Source of the DNA: a virus
Lineage: Duplodnaviria > Caudoviricetes
IMG/VR virus record: IMGVR_UViG_3300020352_000025
Coordinates: 1 to 29,763 of that record
DNA: 29,763 nt
Reading direction: 5' to 3' (one strand)
The stretch's first letter is position 1, and each line of letters begins with the position of its first letter. Made by a program: the position numbers and the translations under genes. The notes below the pieces were generated by a model. It saw only the letters and a list, made by a program, of their open reading frames with translations, was not told where the DNA came from and ran no database searches. Positions 18,306-27,521 of this stretch are shown in pieces.

Positions 18306-19040
18306 ATGGCCGAATTTAAATTAGCTACAGAAGTTGTAGATTTACCCTCAAAAGGATATTTATACTCTAAAGATTCTCCTTTAGCAGAAGGAAAAATTGA
18401 AATCAAATATATGACTGCTAAAGAAGAAGATATTCTTACTAATTCTTCTTATATCCAAAAAGGAACTGTACTAGATAAACTATTCCAATCATTAATTGTT
18501 TCCAAAATAAATTATAATGATTTATTAATTGGAGATAAAAATGCAATTATGATTGCAGCTCGTATTTTAGGGTATGGTAAAGATTATAATTTTACATATG
18601 AAGGAGTAGAGGAAACAGTTGACCTAACAGAAGTAAATAATATCGAAATTAATGATGAATTATTTGAATCTGGTAAAAATGAATTTAACTTTACATTTCC
18701 CCACTCAGGTAATAAAATTACGTTTAAATTATTAAATCACGGAGATGAAATGAAAATTCAACGTGAATTAGAGGGTTTAAAAAAAATAAATAAAAATGAA
18801 GACCCTACTCTTACTACTAGATTAAAACACATGATTTTATCTGTAGAAGAAAAAACAGATAAAAAAGATATTCGAGAGTTTGTAGATAAATATTTACTGG
18901 CGCGAGATGCTCGTGCCCTAAGAGAATATATTAAGTCAATATCTCCTGATGTAGATTTAACTTTTTTTCCCTCTGGTAGCGAAACAACAAAAACAATCCC
19001 AATTGGGGTTGGATTTTTTTGGCCTGACTTTGGAAAATAG
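18306..19040 (+). CDS. Baseplate hub/tail assembly chaperone (T4 gp26-like)
   Basis: LPSKG..Y, MTAKEEDIL, DLLIGDKNAIMIAARILGYG and C-terminal FFWP. Lies between the tube and tape measure genes. Confidence 0.8.
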   Translation: MAEFKLATEVVDLPSKGYLYSKDSPLAEGKIEIKYMTAKEEDILTNSSYIQKGTVLDKLFQSLIVSKINYNDLLIGDKNAIMIAARILGYGKDYNFTYEGVEETVDLTEVNNIEINDELFESGKNEFNFTFPHSGNKITFKLLNHGDEMKIQRELEGLKKINKNEDPTLTTRLKHMILSVEEKTDKKDIREFVDKYLLARDARALREYIKSISPDVDLTFFPSGSETTKTIPIGVGFFWPDFGK

Positions 19041-19296
19041 TCAAACATACAGAAAAAACTTATTTACTCAAATACATAACATAGTCTTCCATGGAAATGG
19101 GGGCTATGATTGGTTTACGATATACAATATGCCTATTTGGCTTCGTAAATTTACTTTTAATGAAATAGATGAGTATAATAAAGACCAAAATAAAAAAGCT
19201 GAAGCAGCAAGAAAAGGAAAAGGTAAAAAATCTATGATAGACTCATCAGGTCAAGTAAACCGTCCTACATTTAAAAACAAGTCTAGTTATAAGTAA
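19021..19296 (+). CDS. gp51-like chaperone segment, probably expressed as a frameshift extension of 18306..19040
   Basis: IH.IVFHGNGGY....IYNMPIWLRKF resembles the gp51-type (NM.P.ER) motif. It is in the +1 frame relative to the upstream gene, has no in-frame ATG until 19129 (inside the domain), and follows a T7 run at 19014-19020. Confidence 0.65.
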   Translation, partial: GLTLENSQTYRKNLFTQIHNIVFHGNGGYDWFTIYNMPIWLRKFTFNEIDEYNKDQNKKAEAARKGKGKKSMIDSSGQVNRPTFKNKSSYK

Positions 19297-19310
19297 AATT
19301 ATTCTTTTTA

Positions 19311-19325
19311 ATATTTATAACAAAA
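19311..19325 (+). promoter_or_regulatory. Putative late promoter motif ATATTTATAACAAAA
   Basis: Motif copy upstream of the ATG at 19333. Confidence 0.7.
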
Positions 19326-19332
19326 TACCCTT

Positions 19333-21327
19333 ATGGCATTAGGAGACGATGTAAAAAAAGCAAAAGAAGAAGCGCAGGATTTTAAAGAAATAATGTTGTC
19401 ATTAGACTCAACATTAGCATCTTTGGCGGTTACATTTGCAAATGGGTTTGGTAAAGGAGTGGATGATGCTGTAAAAAAAGCAGAAAAACTTACTCAAGTT
19501 TACGAAAGAGATCTTTCAAAAGCAGTAAATCAATCTATAAAAGATCAAGAAGCTATAAATAAACTTCAAGATCAAGCTAGTAAAGGTAAAGCTAGTGAAG
19601 CTAAAGTAGCATCAAAACTTGCTGATATAGAATCAAAAAGACAATCAGTTCTTGATAAAATTGATAATGCTAAAAGGGAAGGTTTAAAAATTGATTATGA
19701 AGAAGCAAATGCCTTAGTAGGAGTTTACAACGAACAAGAAAAGATTACTAAAGAAATTAAAGACAGAGTTAAAGCTCAAGATGCGTCTTTAGGTGCAGTT
19801 GGTAAAATTTCAGGAGCATTTACTGGTTTATTAAATAAGCTAGGAATGGGTGACCTTAATAAGTTTTTTAACTTAGATAAGGCAAATGAACAATCTAAAG
19901 TACAATTAGAAAAATTAGGTAAAAGTGCAACAGCTGGTCAAAAAATAAGTACTGTTACTAAGAACATATTTAAAAATTTAGATATGGGAGCTCTAGCTGC
20001 TGGAGCTTTATTTAAATTAGCAGGTTCTTTAGTTGATCAATTTAAAAAAGCAGACCAATCTACAACTGATATTGCTCGTGGCCTTAGTATGTCCAAAAAA
20101 GATGCTAAGGAATTTAAAAAAGAAATGATGGAAACCAGTGGATCATTTTTATCCACTGCTGTATCATTAAAAGAACAAAAGAAAACTGTATTTGCTTTAA
20201 ATAAAGAATTAGGTGGTACTGCAATAGCATTTAATAAAGATATTTTAGCTGGTGCAGCAGATACATTAAACAGGCTTCATTTATCAGAAGAAGCAGTAGG
20301 TAATATGGCTAAATTAGCTATGGTTACTGGTAAAAATTTTAAAACACTAGAAAAAGAACAAGCAAAAGGGGTTTTAGACGCCGAAAGAGAGTTTGGTGTT
20401 AGATTAAAATTATCAGATGTCTTAGATGAAGCTAATAAAATAACAGGTTTAGCTCGAGTTAATGCTATGGGTATTGAAGGTGGTTTAACAAAAGCCGTAG
20501 CTACAGCAAAATCTTTAGGCATAGAAATGAGTGCTGTTGCTTCTTCTGCTGGTCAATTATTAGATTTTGAATCTTCTATTCAAAATGAATTACAAGCTGA
20601 ATTATTAATTGGTAGAGATTTAAATCTTGAAAAAGCTAGGGCAGCAGCTTTAGCAGGAGATCAAGAAGCATTAGCTAGAGCATTAGTTGAAGAAGCAGGT
20701 AGTTTAGAAGAACTACAAGGCATGAATGTTATTCAACAGCAAGCATTAGCAGGTGCTTTAGGAATGAGCGCTGATCAATTGGCAGATAGTTTAGTAACTC
20801 AAGAAGCACTAGCTTCCCAATCGGATAAAGCACTAGATAGAGATGCACAAGAAGCATTAAATAATGAAAAAATGCTTTCTCTAACAGAAAAACAAACATT
20901 AGCAATGGAAAAATTTGCGGCTACTGTTCAAATGTTAGGTCCATTATTACTAGTAGCAGCGGCCGCAGCAGCTGCTATAGCAATAGCAGTATCGTTTGGT
21001 ACTGCAACTCCTTTAGTTGTAGGAGGCATTTTAGCAACTGCGGCAGTTGTGGGTGGAATAACAGCAGCAGTACAAGATGGTGTTGCACCCCCAGGATCAG
21101 GACCATTTACAATTACAGATAAATTTGGTGCTACTACAGTAACAGCGGCTGGTGATGGTTTAGCAGTTTCTCCTAATATAAACACACAAGGTGGAGCAGG
21201 AGGTAATGCTAATATGAGTGAAACAAACATGCTATTAAAACAAATTTTAAATAAAGAAGGAACAGTAAAAATGGATAGTACTGAAGTTGGTACAGCATTT
21301 GCTGTAGGTTCTAGACAAATACAATAA
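19333..21327 (+). CDS. Tape measure protein
   Basis: 664 aa, Ala/Lys/Leu-rich and helical, with a long hydrophobic hairpin at ~20932-21072. Follows the chaperone pair. Confidence 0.8.
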   Translation: MALGDDVKKAKEEAQDFKEIMLSLDSTLASLAVTFANGFGKGVDDAVKKAEKLTQVYERDLSKAVNQSIKDQEAINKLQDQASKGKASEAKVASKLADIESKRQSVLDKIDNAKREGLKIDYEEANALVGVYNEQEKITKEIKDRVKAQDASLGAVGKISGAFTGLLNKLGMGDLNKFFNLDKANEQSKVQLEKLGKSATAGQKISTVTKNIFKNLDMGALAAGALFKLAGSLVDQFKKADQSTTDIARGLSMSKKDAKEFKKEMMETSGSFLSTAVSLKEQKKTVFALNKELGGTAIAFNKDILAGAADTLNRLHLSEEAVGNMAKLAMVTGKNFKTLEKEQAKGVLDAEREFGVRLKLSDVLDEANKITGLARVNAMGIEGGLTKAVATAKSLGIEMSAVASSAGQLLDFESSIQNELQAELLIGRDLNLEKARAAALAGDQEALARALVEEAGSLEELQGMNVIQQQALAGALGMSADQLADSLVTQEALASQSDKALDRDAQEALNNEKMLSLTEKQTLAMEKFAATVQMLGPLLLVAAAAAAAIAIAVSFGTATPLVVGGILATAAVVGGITAAVQDGVAPPGSGPFTITDKFGATTVTAAGDGLAVSPNINTQGGAGGNANMSETNMLLKQILNKEGTVKMDSTEVGTAFAVGSRQIQ

Positions 21328-21331
21328 TTTA

Positions 21332-21346
21332 ATATTTATAATAAAA
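21332..21346 (+). promoter_or_regulatory. Putative late promoter motif ATATTTATAATAAAA
   Basis: Motif copy upstream of the ATG at 21355. Confidence 0.7.
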
Positions 21347-21354
21347 CAATAATT

Positions 21355-21558
21355 ATGGGACTTTTAGACAAACTAACACAAGGTAAATCTAATCTAACTG
21401 GATTGAATGGTGGTACTCCATCAACCCCTGAATTTGCATTATCAAAATTACATGATACTTATTCAGCGGATGGAATACCAAAACAACCAGGAAAACCATC
21501 ACCAACAAATTTAGTTGATGGTGATCCAGTAAAGTATTTAGATAATTTACCAAGATAA
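21355..21558 (+). CDS. Small Pro/Gly-rich hypothetical protein
   Basis: 67 aa ORF that fills the gap exactly, with its own late motif and an A-rich leader. Confidence 0.65.
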   Translation: MGLLDKLTQGKSNLTGLNGGTPSTPEFALSKLHDTYSADGIPKQPGKPSPTNLVDGDPVKYLDNLPR

Positions 21559-21564
21559 TTAAAT

Positions 21565-23490
21565 ATGGCTCTTTTAAATTTAACAACAGACCTTAAGTCT
21601 TTAAGGTATGGACGTGATCGTATAGGTGGAGGTGATAGTAGAGAACCTTTTATCACTAAATCTATTGACAGTACTCCTGGAGATACTGGTGGTCCTGACT
21701 TTCTTTTAAGAGCAAATAGTTTACAACATATAGAAGATGATGCCTCAAGAATGGTTAAATATTTAACTAGTTCAAAAGGACTACAATTTTCAGCTAAACA
21801 AAATTTATTATCAAGATCTTCTGTAAGAGCACAAGCTAGTAATGGGCCCATAAATGATGGAGTTTATTTACCAACTTCAACTTTAGCACAAGTAGCAACA
21901 AATCCATTTGGTGGTCATTTATTAAAACAAGGAATAAATCCTTTTGCAGATACAACGGCTGATGGTTCTAATACTGGAATTGGTATTCTAGATACAATAC
22001 TAAATGCAACATTACCTTTATCAGCACCTTTTTATGCTAAAAAAGTTAATGAAATTAAAAAAGTAAGTAATAATAGATTAACAAATTTAGTTGATTATAA
22101 ATTAGGAACAACTCAACAAGATACTTCAACGTCCTTTTTAGATCAAATAACTAGTGGTGCTAGTAGTCTTTTAGGTAATATAGGTGGTGGTTTATTAAAT
22201 AATTTATTAGCTACTTCACCTTCTGCTGGCCAAAAATTTAATAGCATATCAATAAATCAAGATGAAATATTAAGGTATGATGGTGGACCTGGATCCGCAT
22301 TAGGAATAGGACAAACTTCTTTAAAAAGAGTAACTAATACCCAAGCATATGACACCCCAGAATTTAAAAAAGATTATTATCTATTAAATTATTCTGGATT
22401 AGTATCAGCAGGAAATTCAAGATTTTATAAAAGCCAAACTTTACCTGATTTTAGAAAAGATTTACTTAGTTCTCAAGAAAAAGGAAATACAAAAGATGTA
22501 CTATCTACATCTTTAGACTATCAAGATTTAAATCAGGCCTTTGAGGGTAGAATTAATATCGGTACCCCAGGTAGAAAAGGAAAAAATTTAATAAACTATA
22601 ACATTGGAACAGGAAATGGTCCTTTAGATAAACTAAATGCACTTCCTATTTATTCATCTACAAATGTAATAAATGCTGGAAATAATATTAAAAATGATTT
22701 TGTTAAATTTCGAATTGGAATATTAGATAATAATAGCAACAATCCTAGTGGGCAAAAAACTTACATCCACTTTAGAGCTTTTATAGATTCATTTGGAGAT
22801 AACTATCAAGCACAATGGAGTGAAGAAAAATTTATGGGTAGGGCTGAAAGTTTTTATAGATATGGAGGATTTAGTAGATCAATTACAATGGGGTGGACAT
22901 TAGCTGCTCAATCTGTAGATGAATTAATTCCTATGTATCAAAAATTAAATTATTTAGCATCTACTTTAGCACCAGATTATAGTTCTAATGGTTATATGCA
23001 AGGAAATATTGCATATTTAACTTTTGGTGGTTATTGTTACGAACAACCTGGTATAATTACTGGATTAAATTTATCATACCCAAAAGAATCTCCATTTGAA
23101 ATAGATGTTGATAGTAAAACGGGGGCAAATGATGGGGGAGTAAAAACAAAAGAATTACCTATGATAATGAATGTTACAGGTTTTGAATTTAAACCTATAC
23201 ATAATTTTGTTCCAAGAATACAACAAAATAATTTTGAAGGATTAGAAGAAAGTGGAGCTAGATTTGTGTCAGCATGGGGTAAAGAAAGATTTATTGCCCT
23301 AAGAAATGCTAGAGGGAATAATTATGATGGAATTAATAACCCTAATTTTTCGGGGTCAACAAATTCAAATTTTACTGTGCCTTCTTCAACAACAGAACAA
23401 GAACAATCTCAAATATTTGGTACAAGTGGATCTTTAGATTTTACTGCTTCAGCAAAAGGATTATTTGGTGTTACAAGTGCATTAGTATAA
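21565..23490 (+). CDS. Baseplate/tail-tube initiator-like protein (gp48/gp54-like domain in C-terminal half)
   Basis: FRAFIDSF.D...W...MGRAE.FY.Y.GF.R.I and L.YLAS..APDY resemble tube-fold baseplate proteins. Position after the tape measure gene. Confidence 0.6.
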   Translation: MALLNLTTDLKSLRYGRDRIGGGDSREPFITKSIDSTPGDTGGPDFLLRANSLQHIEDDASRMVKYLTSSKGLQFSAKQNLLSRSSVRAQASNGPINDGVYLPTSTLAQVATNPFGGHLLKQGINPFADTTADGSNTGIGILDTILNATLPLSAPFYAKKVNEIKKVSNNRLTNLVDYKLGTTQQDTSTSFLDQITSGASSLLGNIGGGLLNNLLATSPSAGQKFNSISINQDEILRYDGGPGSALGIGQTSLKRVTNTQAYDTPEFKKDYYLLNYSGLVSAGNSRFYKSQTLPDFRKDLLSSQEKGNTKDVLSTSLDYQDLNQAFEGRINIGTPGRKGKNLINYNIGTGNGPLDKLNALPIYSSTNVINAGNNIKNDFVKFRIGILDNNSNNPSGQKTYIHFRAFIDSFGDNYQAQWSEEKFMGRAESFYRYGGFSRSITMGWTLAAQSVDELIPMYQKLNYLASTLAPDYSSNGYMQGNIAYLTFGGYCYEQPGIITGLNLSYPKESPFEIDVDSKTGANDGGVKTKELPMIMNVTGFEFKPIHNFVPRIQQNNFEGLEESGARFVSAWGKERFIALRNARGNNYDGINNPNFSGSTNSNFTVPSSTTEQEQSQIFGTSGSLDFTASAKGLFGVTSALV

Positions 23491-23502
23491 AATTATATTA
23501 AA

Positions 23503-23799
23503 ATGGAAAGATACGATTATACTAACATATACGGAAGAGGAACTCAATTTTATGGGACTACTAAATATCCTGTTGTACCTTATACATCAGATGATATATT
23601 TGTAGTTACCCAAGAAGAGGATAGATTTGATCAATTAGCCCAACAATATTATGGAGATTCTAGTTTATGGTGGGTTATATCTTGTTCTAACCCAGGTTTA
23701 AAACAAAATTCATATTATATTCCTGTTGGGATCCAAATTAGAATACCACAAAATATTGCATCGGTAATAAGTGAATTTAGAATATTAAATGAAAGATAG
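23503..23799 (+). CDS. LysM-like baseplate wedge protein (gp53/P2 gpX-like)
   Basis: DRFDQLAQQYYGDSSLWWVI..SN...G.QIRIP. Confidence 0.8.
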   Translation: MERYDYTNIYGRGTQFYGTTKYPVVPYTSDDIFVVTQEEDRFDQLAQQYYGDSSLWWVISCSNPGLKQNSYYIPVGIQIRIPQNIASVISEFRILNER

Positions 23800-23801
23800 T
23801 T

Positions 23802-26800
23802 ATGACAGGAAACCTAATAGGAGAACAATTTGATACCTACGTATTTGATCAAATTAGGGCTAGGCAAGAATTAAGTGGAGCTGGTTTTAGTTCTACTTTA
23901 AAATCTTCTAATCAAATTCAAGTTCAAAATAATAAAAATGCTTTTATAAAATTAGCTTCTGGTGTTAATTTTTTCCAACAAACCACAGTACCAACAGAAA
24001 AAGAATTTGCAGCTACAGCGGGTAGTGGGGTTTTAGATGAAGATGATACAGTTTGTAGTAGTGATAACCAAGAATATACTGGATTATCTGAAGGTGGAAA
24101 AGAAAAATACAAACTTATTTCTGAACAAATAAAAGAAAATAATAAACTTCAACTAAAAGCCGCAAATCTTAAATTAAGAAATTTAGGTCTTAGTAATACC
24201 CAAATTAAACAATTAGGTAATAAAGAAACCCTTGCTAAAAAAGCAATATTATTTGGGGGTTTAGGTGAATTAAGTGGGGGTAAAATAACTCAAAGAACTG
24301 GTATAAGTTTTACTGATTCTATTTGGAACCCTACAAAAGCTTATGGTTTAGGAGGCAACCAATTTGGAAAACAACCTATGCCAGGAATAACCTCAGCAAA
24401 AATAGATTGTATTAATAGAGGATCTATTAGATCTGCTACAATACAATTAAAAGCATATAATACCTTTCAATTCCAACTAATAGAATTACTATATTTAAGG
24501 TTAGGGTTTACAATGATGTTAGAATGGGGAAATAACAAATTTGTAAATAATGTTGGAAACTTAGAACAATTACAAACCACCCTAATAGAAGATATGTTTT
24601 TTAATAATCAAGGGTATAGCCAATTAGATGTTTTAAAACACATAGAAGTATATAGAAAAAAATACTCAGGTAATTATGATGGGTTTTTTGGGAGAGTAAC
24701 TAATTTCAGTTGGGATTTTGCTCCTGATGGCACATATAATATTACTTTAAATTTATCTACTTTAGGAGATATTATAGAATCTTTACAAATAAATTTACCA
24801 TCACCAATAAATTCTTTTGGAGCTAATGTTGATGGGGAAACAAATGCTGAAAATACTATTGAACAATGGTTAAATGATTTTGTTAAAAATGATACTAAAA
24901 ATAAAGCAGTATGGGGTAATGGAGAATACATAAATTTAAAATCAGGAAATTATGTAAAACATCAAACATATGATGAATATGAAGCAGAACAATTTAAAAA
25001 ATTTAGAAGTGAAAACCGGTATGCTACTATTGCCGAAAATAAAGCATTTAAAGCAAAACAAGCAGAAAATTATAAAGCAGCACAAAAAGATAATTCTATA
25101 ATTACTGGAAAATTAAGTGTTTTAGAGGGTATGACTAAAGAAAATAGTTATTTTGTTACATTTGGTGAATTATTATCTCAAATATATGATTGTATTCTTC
25201 CTAGAGTAGAAAACAAAAACCCAGTACCAATATTAGCTATGGGTTTAGATGAAAAATTAAATGTTATAAGTGCTCAACCCAACCAAGTATCATTTGATTT
25301 AAATACCTGTTTTATAAAACCTGTATTTTATGCTCCTGGAGTTCGACCACCTGATTCTGTGCAAAAAAGTTGGATGAAAGATTTTTTTGTACAAGAAAAA
25401 ATAGGTACAGATGATTTGTTTTATGGTCAGTTATTAAATATATATTTAAATTTTGAATTTATTAAAAAAACTCTTACACGTAATATTGATAAAGAAGGTA
25501 CTTTAAGTTTATTTAAATTTTTAGAAGGGGTATGTGATGGTATAAATAGATCTTTAGGTAGTGTTCAAAAAATAGAACCTATTATAAATAATGAATTAAA
25601 TGAAATTGTATTTATAGATCAAAATCCAATAAAAGGCAACCCATCTTTAATAAAAACACTATTAGAAAAAGTACCCGATCCAAGTGATGTAGTACCTTTT
25701 GAAATATATGGTTTTAATTCTTCTAATAATGAATCAAATTTTGTAAAAAATTTTAAATTTAATACTAAAATAGATTCAAATTTAGCTTCTATGATTACTA
25801 TAGGAACCACAGCTGGGGGCTCTCAATCTAAAGTAACAGATGGTACAGCATTCTCAAAATGGAATGCTGGATTACAAGACAGATTTCAGAAAAAAATAGT
25901 ATTACCTAAAAATTTTAAAACCCCACAAGAAATTGAAGAAAAAAATATAAAAAATGAACAAAAAGCACTTAGAAAAGAATTAGAAGATTGGTGGGGTACA
26001 ACTAATAAAGAAATAAAAAAAGATGTTGAAGAACAAACACAGGGAACAACTTACATAAAAAAGAAAATTAAAGGTTATGACGATGAGGGTAATCGTACTG
26101 ATGCGGGGGATTATTTAATATGGAGTAGTAGGCAAAAAACAAGTAAAGTAGATCTCACAGTGTCAACTACCCAGTACAGCTCAACTATACATAAAACAAC
26201 AAGAACAGCTCCTAAAAATAAAACTGGATCATATAAAGGATATTCATTTACTGATGTTAATCGTGAAACATTTATAAGTGGGTATATAACATGGAGGGCA
26301 TCAGATGGTAAAGATGTTATCACTGAAGAAGATGTTAATTTAGGTTCTTCTTATCAAAGTTGGCTTATTTATGCTTTTGGGGGAGAAATTATAGGAAAAA
26401 CAAATACTAATAATGAAGCTTTTATTAAGGATTCAACTGAAGGATTATATTATAATCGAAGTAATACTCAATTTTTTAAACAAGGGAAAAAGGCATTTAA
26501 AGAATATCTTAGATTAAGAGATCAAAAAATATTTAGAATAACTGGTAACCCGTCAAACCAACAGGGTTTTATACCTGTAGAATTAAGTTTAACTTTAGAT
26601 GGATTATCTGGAATTAAGATATTTCAAAAAATTAATATTAAACAAGAATTTTTACCCCCTGAATATATATCAAGTGCTTTAACTAATACTATTGATTTTG
26701 TTATCCAAAAAGTAAATCATAATATAAGTGATGAAAAATGGGAAACTGAATTAGTAACTATTAGTATTCCCCCAACTCAAATTGAAAATATAGAAACAAT

Positions 26801-27521
26801 AGATGAAGGGTTATTTACCTATTTAGGTCTTGGAACTTCTGAAACATTTGAAATAAGTGGTGATAGAACTATAACAGGTAATGCTCAAAGATTTCCAGTA
26901 AAAGATCTTTCTCCAGATAATTTTATTAAAGAAGAAATAAAAAAATCTGAAGGATATTATAGTGGTAAAGAAAATAAAGTTATAAGATCAAATGGAATAG
27001 CATATGCTTATCCTGATCCTAAAACAAAAAAGAAAATACTTGAAATTAAAGCCGAAAGTGATTACTATCAAGGTAAAGAAAATGAACCTTATACTATAGG
27101 GTATGGCCAAACTTACTACGCTACAGGTCAGGAATATACCAGGAATGGTACTACAATGATAGGTAAAGGATCTAGATCACAATCACCAGTTAAAAAAGGA
27201 GATTCAATTACTGCCCAATCTGCTGAAGCTGGGTATAAAGTGGTTTTAGCTGGTATAGCCCGTGATATGGTTAGTAAAAATAGAATTAAAGTGCCTCTTA
27301 CCCAAAATGAATATAATGCTTTACTTTCCCTTTCTTATAATTCAGGTCCTGCTGTAACTAGTGTAAAACGACCTCTTTATGATCTAATAAATAAAAAAGA
27401 TTATGTAGCAGCCGGTACTAAACTACAAAACACAGCAACTAATGGTGGACTATTAACATCAAGAAGAATGAAAGAAGCCGATATATGGTTTACTAATAAC
27501 CCTGGAAACCCAACATCATAA
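23802..27521 (+). CDS. Baseplate hub-like protein with C-terminal phage lysozyme (GH24-like) domain
   Basis: Hub-like PMPGIT, LEWG, YDGFFG.VTNFSW and L.LTLDGLSG. C-terminal IKKSEG..AYPD..TIGYG..LTQNEYNALLSLSYNSG..GLLTSRR.KEA (~26920-27500). Confidence 0.75.
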   Translation: MTGNLIGEQFDTYVFDQIRARQELSGAGFSSTLKSSNQIQVQNNKNAFIKLASGVNFFQQTTVPTEKEFAATAGSGVLDEDDTVCSSDNQEYTGLSEGGKEKYKLISEQIKENNKLQLKAANLKLRNLGLSNTQIKQLGNKETLAKKAILFGGLGELSGGKITQRTGISFTDSIWNPTKAYGLGGNQFGKQPMPGITSAKIDCINRGSIRSATIQLKAYNTFQFQLIELLYLRLGFTMMLEWGNNKFVNNVGNLEQLQTTLIEDMFFNNQGYSQLDVLKHIEVYRKKYSGNYDGFFGRVTNFSWDFAPDGTYNITLNLSTLGDIIESLQINLPSPINSFGANVDGETNAENTIEQWLNDFVKNDTKNKAVWGNGEYINLKSGNYVKHQTYDEYEAEQFKKFRSENRYATIAENKAFKAKQAENYKAAQKDNSIITGKLSVLEGMTKENSYFVTFGELLSQIYDCILPRVENKNPVPILAMGLDEKLNVISAQPNQVSFDLNTCFIKPVFYAPGVRPPDSVQKSWMKDFFVQEKIGTDDLFYGQLLNIYLNFEFIKKTLTRNIDKEGTLSLFKFLEGVCDGINRSLGSVQKIEPIINNELNEIVFIDQNPIKGNPSLIKTLLEKVPDPSDVVPFEIYGFNSSNNESNFVKNFKFNTKIDSNLASMITIGTTAGGSQSKVTDGTAFSKWNAGLQDRFQKKIVLPKNFKTPQEIEEKNIKNEQKALRKELEDWWGTTNKEIKKDVEEQTQGTTYIKKKIKGYDDEGNRTDAGDYLIWSSRQKTSKVDLTVSTTQYSSTIHKTTRTAPKNKTGSYKGYSFTDVNRETFISGYITWRASDGKDVITEEDVNLGSSYQSWLIYAFGGEIIGKTNTNNEAFIKDSTEGLYYNRSNTQFFKQGKKAFKEYLRLRDQKIFRITGNPSNQQGFIPVELSLTLDGLSGIKIFQKINIKQEFLPPEYISSALTNTIDFVIQKVNHNISDEKWETELVTISIPPTQIENIETIDEGLFTYLGLGTSETFEISGDRTITGNAQRFPVKDLSPDNFIKEEIKKSEGYYSGKENKVIRSNGIAYAYPDPKTKKKILEIKAESDYYQGKENEPYTIGYGQTYYATGQEYTRNGTTMIGKGSRSQSPVKKGDSITAQSAEAGYKVVLAGIARDMVSKNRIKVPLTQNEYNALLSLSYNSGPAVTSVKRPLYDLINKKDYVAAGTKLQNTATNGGLLTSRRMKEADIWFTNNPGNPTS

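Noticed and set aside
14582-27521. Bacterial contractile injection system (eCIS/T6SS/tailocin)
   Set aside because: It is linked to a gp23-type capsid, scaffold and neck genes, so it is a phage tail.
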